From Clostridia bacterium (GTDB taxonomy: Bacteria > Bacillota > Clostridia > Christensenellales > UBA1242): a stretch of 64,000 nt of DNA. Positions within the stretch are counted from its first letter, which is position 1; every line of letters begins with the position of its first letter. The translations under genes and the position numbers were made by a program. Below, one piece after another: positions 47,273 to 54,790 of the stretch. The notes beneath the pieces are model-generated. The model searched no databases and was not told the origin of the DNA. It was given only the letters and a program-made list of their open reading frames with translations. The stretch is taken from positions 22,888-86,887 of the forward strand of contig JAZRSV010000027.1 in the NCBI GenBank assembly GCA_045651685.1, in the 5' to 3' direction.

Positions 47273-47568
47273 AAAGTATAAAAGATTATGCTGTACTGCT
47301 AGGTGTTATTAGTGCCGTTATAGCGCTTGTCCAAATAATAGCTAGTGTATTTAACTTTGGCCTTGATATTAACCTAATTGTAGAAACAATATCTATAATA
47401 TTGGCAGTATTAGTGACTGTTGGTGTTATTAACAAAAAAGACAGTACTAACAAATCTATCAAAGAACTGCAAGAAGACATAAAAAGTGATCTTATAAACT
47501 CAACAAATCAAAAAGATGAAGATGTAGACAAAACAACTTTTTTAGATCAAAACAACAAAGACAACTAA
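47269..47568 (+). CDS. two-TM holin-like small membrane protein
   Basis: 99 aa; two hydrophobic helices then a highly charged C-terminal tail (class II holin topology); ATGA overlap with the BhlA-like gene; RBS AAAAGGAG. Confidence 0.5.
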   Translation: MKSIKDYAVLLGVISAVIALVQIIASVFNFGLDINLIVETISIILAVLVTVGVINKKDSTNKSIKELQEDIKSDLINSTNQKDEDVDKTTFLDQNNKDN

Positions 47569-47573
47569 ATATC

Positions 47574-47606
47574 AAAAAAACAACCTAAATTTTAGGTTGT
47601 TTTTTT
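47574..47606 (+). terminator. rho-independent terminator closing the cassette
   Basis: stem CAACCTA / TAGGTTG followed by TTTTTTT. Confidence 0.85.
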
Positions 47607-47741
47607 ATTAAAAAATAGTGCTTTTTAGCCATAAAGTACAACATATTTTAACAAAAGTGTTTGCAAATTATATTATATTATTGTATACTTTATATATCAA
47701 AATTGGTTTTTACAAAATTTAATATTAAGGAAAAAATAGTT

Positions 47742-48686
47742 ATGATGTTTAGAAATTCGGTTAGACTTATTTTATCTAACTTTTCTAATGTATGGAAGTT
47801 GTTATTGTATTATGTGATATGTACAGTTATTTCTTTGGCGATTTTGTATCCTATTGCTAGCCCAATTATTGCCAAGTTAAACGCTGCACATGTTTTTTCT
47901 GATATACAATTGTTATTTAATGGTTTGTTTTCTCAACCTGATCAAATAGCAGTGACAGCAGACCAAATTATGGTGACAATAGGTGAGGTGCTTTCTGCCA
48001 ATGCAGATAAGTTTATACTAAACTATGTTTTCTTTGGTATTGTAGTTTTGGCTGTTATGCCATTTTTGTATGGTTTGGGCGAACTTGCTATAAGCGAAGT
48101 TTTGTATGGTTTTATGACTAGTCAAACTAACTATAGCTTTACAGGTTGCTATATTCGCAATTTGGGCAGATCTTGTTTATTGCAATTAACAAAAATGATC
48201 ACCGTGTTGCCTATCAACATTATTACTGTACTTAGCTTGTACGGTGTTGTAAAACTACTTGCTACTGGACTTATAGGCAATATACTATTAAGTGTATTGA
48301 TTTGTATTGTTATAGTTGCTTTTGTAGCTTTCAAAAACACCTTGTTTAGCTGCTGGACTCCAGCTGTTGCTGTGCATGATGTTGGACCTTTTAAGGCTCT
48401 AAAGATGTGTTTTAGAACTGTTTTCCACAACTTCTTTAGCGTATTTTCTACTGCTATAGCTGTCATCGTTATGGCTATAACTGTTAACTTTATTTTTGGC
48501 TTGTTTACTTTTACTATTGCTTTTGTTATTACTTTGCCACTTACTATATTTGTATGGTATGTATTCCACATGGTTGCATACTTTAGCAATCAAGGTATGA
48601 GATTTTATGTGTATCCAGATATGTTTATTACACCAAAACGCATAAAAGAACAAGAAACAATCAAAAAGTTAAAATACTATCTATAA
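47742..48686 (+). CDS. polytopic membrane protein, unknown function
   Basis: ORF track 47661-48686; start moved to ATGATG 47742 after AAGGA; about 6 or more hydrophobic helices. Confidence 0.5.
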   Translation: MMFRNSVRLILSNFSNVWKLLLYYVICTVISLAILYPIASPIIAKLNAAHVFSDIQLLFNGLFSQPDQIAVTADQIMVTIGEVLSANADKFILNYVFFGIVVLAVMPFLYGLGELAISEVLYGFMTSQTNYSFTGCYIRNLGRSCLLQLTKMITVLPINIITVLSLYGVVKLLATGLIGNILLSVLICIVIVAFVAFKNTLFSCWTPAVAVHDVGPFKALKMCFRTVFHNFFSVFSTAIAVIVMAITVNFIFGLFTFTIAFVITLPLTIFVWYVFHMVAYFSNQGMRFYVYPDMFITPKRIKEQETIKKLKYYL

Positions 48687-48730
48687 TTTTGTCAAACTTT
48701 GACAATAATGTTTTATAAAAAAATTAATGC

Positions 48731-48759
48731 TTGCAAAAAAACTTTGCAAGTGCTATAGT
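48731..48759 (+). promoter_or_regulatory. candidate sigma-A-type promoter of rnj with long leader
   Basis: TTGCAA, 17-nt spacer, extended -10 TGcTATAGT; leaves a ~190-nt 5' leader. Confidence 0.45.
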
Positions 48760-48957
48760 TATGTACTTTGTCTGATAATAACACTTTTGGTGTTAATATA
48801 TTTTGTGCTACAAATTTAGCACTAAAAATTAATAATACATTTTTTGGGGTATATATTGTTATATATCTCTTTTGGTATGCAAAATTTTATTAACTAGCAA
48901 TATCAAGTCTAAATTTGCTTTTTAGACTTTTTATATATTATTTTTAAGGAGAATACA

Positions 48958-50613
48958 ATGAAAGAAAATTTGAAAGTAATGTTCTTGGGTGGTGTAGATG
49001 AAATTGGTAAAAATATGACCGTCCTAGAATATGGAGAAGATATTATCGTTATCGATAGCGGCCTTGCTTTTCCTAGCGATGACATGCCTGGTATCGATTT
49101 GGTAGTACCTGACATAACATATCTTAGCATGAACAAAGATCGTGTAAGAGGTATATTTATCACTCACGGTCACGAAGACCACATTGGCTCTTTGCCATAT
49201 GTTTTGGACGAACTACATGTACCAGTATATGGTAGTGGTCTAACACTTGGTTTGGTTGATACAAAACTTCGTGAGTTTAGAGATATCAATGCCGAACTTA
49301 ACACTATAAAATCAGGTTCTGTTATACATGCTGGTTGCTTTAAGGTAGAGTTTGTGTCTGTCACTCACTCTATACCTGGTGCAATGGCTCTTGCTATAAC
49401 AACCCCTGTTGGTTTGGTTGTACACACAGGTGACTTTAAGATTGACCAAACACCTATCAATGGTGATGGTTTTAATATTCAACGCTTTGCCGAACTAGGT
49501 AAAAAAGGTGTTTCTTTGCTTTTGTGCGAGAGTACCAATGTAGAAAGAAGTGGTTTTGCCATGAGCGAAGCGCATGTTGGTAGAACTCTTGATGAACTAT
49601 TTGGTAGGCTTACTGACAAAAGAATATTTATCGCAACATTTGCATCAAATGTACACCGTTTGCAACAAATTATGGACTTGTCAAAAAAATACAACAGAAA
49701 AATAGCCTTTTCTGGTAGAAGCATGATCAATGTATCAGATGTTGCTATTAAACTAGGCGAGTTAAAAAGCGATAAAGAAAATATCATCGATATTGATAAG
49801 ATAGAAAAATACGAAGATAAAGAACTTATTATCATCACAACAGGTAGCCAAGGCGAAGCAATGAGCGCGCTTACTCGTATGTCTAATGACAACTTTAACA
49901 AAGTAAGACTTGGCGAAAACGATGCAGTTATTATTTCTGCTAGCCCAATACCAGGAAACGAAAAGAGTATCAATACAGTTATCAACAACCTATATCGCAA
50001 GGGTTGTACAGTTATATATGATGAGCTTGCCGATGTCCATGTATCTGGCCACGCATATCAAGAAGAACTAAAAATAATGCATTCTTTATTAAAACCAAAA
50101 TTCTTTATACCTGTACATGGCGAATATAGACATATGCGTCGTCATCAACTACTAGCTCAAGAGATGGGTATGCCAGCTCGCAATATTATTATTCCAGAGC
50201 TTGGTATGTGTGTAGAAGTTAATCGCAACTACTTTAGAGCGACAGGTACAGTTGTAGCAGGTGAGAGACTTGTTGACGGTACTGGTCTTGGCGACCTTGA
50301 GAGCGTTGTTTTGCGTGATCGTAAGTTGCTTAGCGAAGAAGGTTTGTGTGTAGTATTGCTAACTATATCTTCTCGCAGTCGTGAAGTAATAGGCGAACCA
50401 AATATTATTTCTCGTGGTTTTATCTATCAAGACGAAGCTAGCGAAGTTATCACCGATGCTAAAGAAGCAATCTTAACCGGTCTTGCTAATCTTGACATAA
50501 AAGACCTTGACCTTAACGAGCTAAAAATGGCAGTAAAAAAAGTAGCATCAAACTACTTCTTCAGAAAAACAAAAAGAAAACCAATGATATTAACAATAGT
50601 TAACGAACAATAA
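48958..50613 (+). CDS. rnj: ribonuclease J
   Basis: 551 aa; metallo-beta-lactamase motif THGHEDHIG; beta-CASP and C-terminal domains; typical N-terminus LKVMFLGGVDEIGKNM. Confidence 0.95.
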   Translation: MKENLKVMFLGGVDEIGKNMTVLEYGEDIIVIDSGLAFPSDDMPGIDLVVPDITYLSMNKDRVRGIFITHGHEDHIGSLPYVLDELHVPVYGSGLTLGLVDTKLREFRDINAELNTIKSGSVIHAGCFKVEFVSVTHSIPGAMALAITTPVGLVVHTGDFKIDQTPINGDGFNIQRFAELGKKGVSLLLCESTNVERSGFAMSEAHVGRTLDELFGRLTDKRIFIATFASNVHRLQQIMDLSKKYNRKIAFSGRSMINVSDVAIKLGELKSDKENIIDIDKIEKYEDKELIIITTGSQGEAMSALTRMSNDNFNKVRLGENDAVIISASPIPGNEKSINTVINNLYRKGCTVIYDELADVHVSGHAYQEELKIMHSLLKPKFFIPVHGEYRHMRRHQLLAQEMGMPARNIIIPELGMCVEVNRNYFRATGTVVAGERLVDGTGLGDLESVVLRDRKLLSEEGLCVVLLTISSRSREVIGEPNIISRGFIYQDEASEVITDAKEAILTGLANLDIKDLDLNELKMAVKKVASNYFFRKTKRKPMILTIVNEQ

Positions 50614-50615
50614 TT

Positions 50616-51257
50616 ATGATTATTTCTAACCTAACCGAAGATTTTTTGAATAAATTAGCAATGCCAACTGACCCCCAACTAAAAGAGTTGGAGGCTTTTG
50701 CGCGCCAAAAATTTATACCAGTTATGATAGATCAAACAGCCAATTTTTTGGCACTGCTTACTAGACTTATAAAACCACAAAGCATATTAGAAATAGGCAC
50801 TGCGATTGGTTATTCTGGTACGATTTTGCTAAACAATAGTCCAAAAACTTGCCATCTAACAACATATGAAAAGATGCAAAGCAATTATGAAATAGCAAGT
50901 CAAACTTTTGCAAAATTTGGCAAAGCTAGTCAAGTGACCCAGCTACTTGGAGATGCTGGCGAACTTTTGCAACAACAAACAGGCGAGTTTGATATGATAT
51001 TTTTGGATGGCCCAAAAGGACAATACATAAAATATCTACCAACACTACTAAAACTACTAAAAGTAGGTGGAGTGCTTGTTTCTGACAATGTTTTGTTTAA
51101 GGGTATGATAACAGGTGAGGTTAAAACTCCAAGAGATCATAACACTATAAAAAACAATATGACAAAGTTTATCGAGACAATATATGCCGATAACACTTTA
51201 CAAAATTCTTTGCTTAATGTCGGTGACGGCGTTTTGATAAGTATTAAGATAAAATAG
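50616..51257 (+). CDS. trmR: class I SAM-dependent O-methyltransferase, YrrM/TrmR-like
   Basis: 213 aa; SAM motif ILEIGTAIGYS; DMIFLDGPK; adjacent to a U32 peptidase-family gene, as in Bacillus yrrM-yrrN-yrrO. Confidence 0.75.
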   Translation: MIISNLTEDFLNKLAMPTDPQLKELEAFARQKFIPVMIDQTANFLALLTRLIKPQSILEIGTAIGYSGTILLNNSPKTCHLTTYEKMQSNYEIASQTFAKFGKASQVTQLLGDAGELLQQQTGEFDMIFLDGPKGQYIKYLPTLLKLLKVGGVLVSDNVLFKGMITGEVKTPRDHNTIKNNMTKFIETIYADNTLQNSLLNVGDGVLISIKIK

Positions 51258-51267
51258 AGGGAGTACT

Positions 51268-52491
51268 ATGTTAGAACTATTAGCCCCAGCAGGCAATATG
51301 GAAAAACTAAAAACAGCTATATATTATGGCGCTGATGCTGTATATTTTGCTGGCAAAAAATATGGTCTTCGTGCTTTTTCTGACAACTTTGATTTGGACG
51401 AATTAAAGCAGTCTGTAGACTATTGCCATGAGCATAATGTAAAAGCATATATCACTATCAATATTATAGCTCATAACCCAGACTTTGACGGTCTAGAAGA
51501 GTATGTAAAATATTTGTACAGTATTGGCGTAGATGCTGTTATTGTAGCAGATATAGGCATTATAGATTTTATCAGAAAAACTGTGCCAGAACTAGACATA
51601 CATGTTAGCACTCAAGCTAATATTACTAACAAGTATAGCGCAAAGTTTTTTGTTGATATGGGCGTAAAGCGTATTATTCTTGCAAGAGAGTTGTCTATTA
51701 CCGAGATCAAACAAATACGCGACTTTGTGCCACCAGAGATAGAGATAGAGGCGTTTGTACATGGCGCTATGTGTATTAGTTATTCTGGCAGATGTCTTTT
51801 GTCTAACTACCTTGCAAAAAGAGATGCCAATTGCGGAGCTTGCGTGCAAGCTTGTCGTTGGGAGTATACAATTACCGAAAAGAACAGACAAGGCGAGCAA
51901 TACCCAATTGAACAAGATAGTCGTGGTACATATATTCTTAACAGCAAAGACCTTAATATGCTAGATTATATTGATCAATTGTACAAAGCTGGTGTCACCA
52001 GCCTTAAGATAGAAGGCCGTATGAAATCGCCTTATTATGTAGCAACTGTAGTCAATGCATATCGTAGAGCTATTGATAGTTTGCTAAAGGATGTTGACGC
52101 ATATAAGCCCGACCCAATGCTTCAATTAGAACTTGCCAAAACAAGTCATAGACAATTTACTACAGGCTTTAACTTTAAGGACAAGTTTAAGGAAGAGAGC
52201 GAATATTTAGAGACCTCTTATCCTGTTCAAAGTCACGAATTTGTTGCTATCGTGACAGGCGATGCAAAAGATGGTTTTGTCCAAATAGAGCAACGCAATC
52301 GCTTTGTAGTAGGCGATGAGTTAGAGATATTGTCACCAAGCAAATACTTTAATCAAACAATAACAATTACAAAAATTAAAACCCAAGATGGTGAATTTAT
52401 AGATGACGCAAAAAATGTACAACAAACAGTGTTTATCGAAACTGACAAGCAATTGCGTCAAGGCGATATTTTAAGACGCCAAGCAAAATAA
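51268..52491 (+). CDS. trhP: peptidase U32 family protein (tRNA ho5U synthesis TrhP-like)
   Basis: 407 aa; LELLAPAGN N-terminus and the U32 cysteine-rich region C-x-SYSGRC...C-x2-C-x3-C. Confidence 0.8.
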   Translation: MLELLAPAGNMEKLKTAIYYGADAVYFAGKKYGLRAFSDNFDLDELKQSVDYCHEHNVKAYITINIIAHNPDFDGLEEYVKYLYSIGVDAVIVADIGIIDFIRKTVPELDIHVSTQANITNKYSAKFFVDMGVKRIILARELSITEIKQIRDFVPPEIEIEAFVHGAMCISYSGRCLLSNYLAKRDANCGACVQACRWEYTITEKNRQGEQYPIEQDSRGTYILNSKDLNMLDYIDQLYKAGVTSLKIEGRMKSPYYVATVVNAYRRAIDSLLKDVDAYKPDPMLQLELAKTSHRQFTTGFNFKDKFKEESEYLETSYPVQSHEFVAIVTGDAKDGFVQIEQRNRFVVGDELEILSPSKYFNQTITITKIKTQDGEFIDDAKNVQQTVFIETDKQLRQGDILRRQAK

Positions 52492-52501
52492 AATATGCAA
52501 G

Positions 52502-52531
52502 ACCTCAAAGATAAAATTGAGGTTTTTTTTT
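52502..52531 (+). terminator. rho-independent terminator
   Basis: stem ACCTCAA / TTGAGGT with 8-nt loop, then TTTTTTTTT. Confidence 0.85.
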
Positions 52532-52641
52532 GTGTACGGACAAGTTAGCATTGTGCCCAAAAGTACACAATTTTTTTTGTACAAGCAAAAAACAACAATC
52601 TTCGACATATATATAACCATAAACACTTGTCGGAGGGGTTT

Positions 52642-53346
52642 ATGATTGTAGAAAATTTTATGTCTTTTATGAACAAGATTATGTTGTTTTCGGCATATGT
52701 AAACAATGTTTCGTGTTTTCCCAAACCGTTAACTTTGGAGCAAGAAAAAGAATTTTTTGAAAATTTTTGGGCAGGGGACGAGCAGGCAAAAGAAAAATTA
52801 ATTAGTCACAACTTAAGACTTGTGGCACACATTGTCAAAAAGTACAATACAGCAGGCGAAGCAGATGACCTAATATCAGTCGGTTCTATTGGTCTTATAA
52901 AGGCGATAAACTCGTTTAGGTACGACAAAAATACTCAATTTAGTACATATGCAGCAAGGTGTATAGAAAACGAAATTTTAATGCTAATAAGGGTTAACAA
53001 AAAGCACCAACAAGTATTAGCTCTCAACGAATGTTTGGGCAAAGATAAAGACGGCAACGAAATATGCCTTATGGATATTGTACCCAATATCGAAGGCGAT
53101 GTTATCGAAACTGTCGAAAATAATATACTAACCGAAAAACTTCTCAATATTATAAAAAAAGTGCTGTCACCAAGAGAATATCAAATAATATGCATGCGCT
53201 TTGGCGTGGGTGGCAAACCTAGTCTAACTCAACGAGAAGTGGCAAAAAAACTAGGTATATCACGCTCATATATCAGCAGGCTAGAGAAAAAAGCCCTAGA
53301 AGTCATAAGACATAATGTAAAACAACAACAAATATACTTTAGTTAG
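52642..53346 (+). CDS. sigK: sporulation sigma factor pro-sigma-K (uninterrupted)
   Basis: The ATG at 52642 follows GGAGGGG. AYVNNVSCFPKPLT, HNLRLVAHIVKKY, TYAARCIENEILM and ISRSYISRLEKKAL parallel B. subtilis SigK (SYVKNNAFPQPLS, HNLRLVAHIVKKF) better than SigE. An N-terminal pro-sequence is present. Confidence 0.85.
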   Translation: MIVENFMSFMNKIMLFSAYVNNVSCFPKPLTLEQEKEFFENFWAGDEQAKEKLISHNLRLVAHIVKKYNTAGEADDLISVGSIGLIKAINSFRYDKNTQFSTYAARCIENEILMLIRVNKKHQQVLALNECLGKDKDGNEICLMDIVPNIEGDVIETVENNILTEKLLNIIKKVLSPREYQIICMRFGVGGKPSLTQREVAKKLGISRSYISRLEKKALEVIRHNVKQQQIYFS

Positions 53347-53407
53347 TTGTTTTAATCTTCTTTTTTTGTTAATATTAATATGTAAGCAAAATAAAGGAGA
53401 CAATTAT

Positions 53408-53773
53408 ATGTTAGTATTTTTTCTATTTGTACCAGCGGTAGCTTTGACTGTTTTGGGTATTATGTACATCACAGGCAAAGGTCTTAAATATATTGTAAGT
53501 GGTTCGCAAGTAGACCCTCAAGCTGTTGCTACTTATTCTCAACAACGCAACCCAGTTAACAATTGCAAATTTTTTGGCATATTGATGTTAATAGGTGCAG
53601 TATATAGCGTTATGTTAGCTATTGGCGTACTTACTAGACTTTATCTAATTATTTCTATTAGTACTATAGTAGTTGCAATTTTGGGTATGGGTAGTGTGTT
53701 ATATTATTACAATGCAAAAGCTTTGAGAGCAAAAGGAGTAAAAAATGCAAGCAATAAAAATGCTCAAAACTAG
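53408..53773 (+). CDS. small membrane protein
   Basis: ORF track 53366; ATG at 53408 follows AAAGGAGA; three hydrophobic helices. Confidence 0.5.
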   Translation: MLVFFLFVPAVALTVLGIMYITGKGLKYIVSGSQVDPQAVATYSQQRNPVNNCKFFGILMLIGAVYSVMLAIGVLTRLYLIISISTIVVAILGMGSVLYYYNAKALRAKGVKNASNKNAQN

Positions 53774-54242
53774 AAAGTCAGATCGCAAATTTTTGCCATA
53801 TAGCATTGACTTAAACATCATCGAAGATATCATAGATTGTGCTAGACTATCTGCCAGCGCAAAAAATGTTCAACCATGGCACTTTGTTGTTATTGACGAT
53901 ACACAAATAAAAACTAAAATATCTCAACTAGCCAAAAATGGCGCCTTTATACAAGACTGTGGGGTATGTGTAGCAGTATTCTGTCAAGATAGTGAGTATG
54001 CGCAACAAGATGGTAGCGCAGCTACACAAAATATACTTAACGCAGCTACTGCATATGACCTTGGTAGTTGTTGGGTGGCGGGATACAACAAGTCTTATTC
54101 TGATGCTGTTGCAGATTTGTTGCAAGCACCAAAAGACTACAAACTTATCAGTCTAGTTGCAATTGGTATAATAAAAGAAAAAACTGCTCGTGCAGACAAA
54201 AAGCCTCTTGCTCAAGTTATGAGTTATAATAAGTTTGAATAA
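53745..54242 (+). CDS. nitroreductase family protein
   Basis: 165 aa; N-terminus LKTRKSDRKF and the SASAKNVQPWHFVV motif. Confidence 0.8.
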   Translation: MQAIKMLKTRKSDRKFLPYSIDLNIIEDIIDCARLSASAKNVQPWHFVVIDDTQIKTKISQLAKNGAFIQDCGVCVAVFCQDSEYAQQDGSAATQNILNAATAYDLGSCWVAGYNKSYSDAVADLLQAPKDYKLISLVAIGIIKEKTARADKKPLAQVMSYNKFE

Positions 54243-54304
54243 ACTTGCCTTTCTAGTTATGTATAGCAGGTAAAAAATACTATTGTTAATTGTATTATAA
54301 AAAT

Positions 54305-54332
54305 AAGAACCTATCTTTTTAGGTTCTTTTTT
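54305..54332 (+). terminator. rho-independent terminator
   Basis: stem AAGAACCT / AGGTTCTT with 8-nt loop, then a T-run. Confidence 0.85.
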
Positions 54333-54346
54333 ATATCAAAACAGCA

Positions 54347-54375
54347 TTGACAAAAATTTTTGTAGGTTATATAAT
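54347..54375 (+). promoter_or_regulatory. consensus sigma-A promoter of rnpB
   Basis: perfect TTGACA (54347-54352), 17-nt spacer, perfect TATAAT (54370-54375). Confidence 0.75.
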
Positions 54376-54383
54376 ATCACTGT

Positions 54384-54714
54384 TAGATAGCCAGATGGTC
54401 GCGGGGTAGCAATACCACGAGGAAAGTCCGGGCTTCATAGGACAGGGTGCTGGGTAACGCCCAGTGAGGGCGACCTTAAGGAAAGTGCAACAGAAATAAA
54501 CCGCCAACCTAGTTGGTAAGGATGGAAAGGCGAGGTAAGAGCTCACCGCCCGGTTGGTGACAATCGGGGCTCTGTAAACCCCACTCGAAGCAAGATGAAA
54601 AAACCGTCAAAAGTTGTCCGCTTGGTTTTTTAAGAGTGTCGCTTGAGTTGTATGGTAACATACAACCTAGATAGATGGCCATCAAATACAGAACTCGGCT
54701 TATAGACTATTCTA
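54384..54714 (+). ncRNA. rnpB: RNase P RNA
   Basis: Universal P4 strand GAGGAAAGTCCGGGC (54419-54433) and the 3' P4 strand ACAGAACTCGGCTTA (54688-54702). The ends pair as P1 (TAGATAG with CTATTCTA, one bulge). It is flanked by its own promoter and terminator. The ends are approximate. Confidence 0.9.
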
Positions 54715-54726
54715 ATATTATAAAAA

Positions 54727-54755
54727 AAGAAGTATTAATTTACTTCTTTTTTTTT
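54727..54755 (+). terminator. rho-independent terminator after rnpB
   Basis: stem AAGAAGTA / TACTTCTT with 6-nt loop, then a T-run. Confidence 0.85.
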
Positions 54756-54790
54756 GTATAAAAAATGCACCTACTTGCAATACTTAATGC

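Larger units (their letters stand above)
36026..47568 (+). mobile_element. phage-derived head-packaging plus holin cassette (no integrase, tail or lysin recognised): degenerate prophage or domesticated particle-forming element
   Basis: Contiguous, tightly packed ORFs: sigma-like regulator, TerL, portal-sized, scaffold-like and capsid-like proteins, ORFans, BhlA-like holin. The cassette is flanked by housekeeping genes. Confidence 0.6.

Noticed and set aside
47742-53346. The phage-derived cassette as a sigK-intervening (skin-like) element
   Set aside because: sigK (52642-53346) is a single uninterrupted frame. Four housekeeping genes separate it from the cassette, and no recombinase is present.
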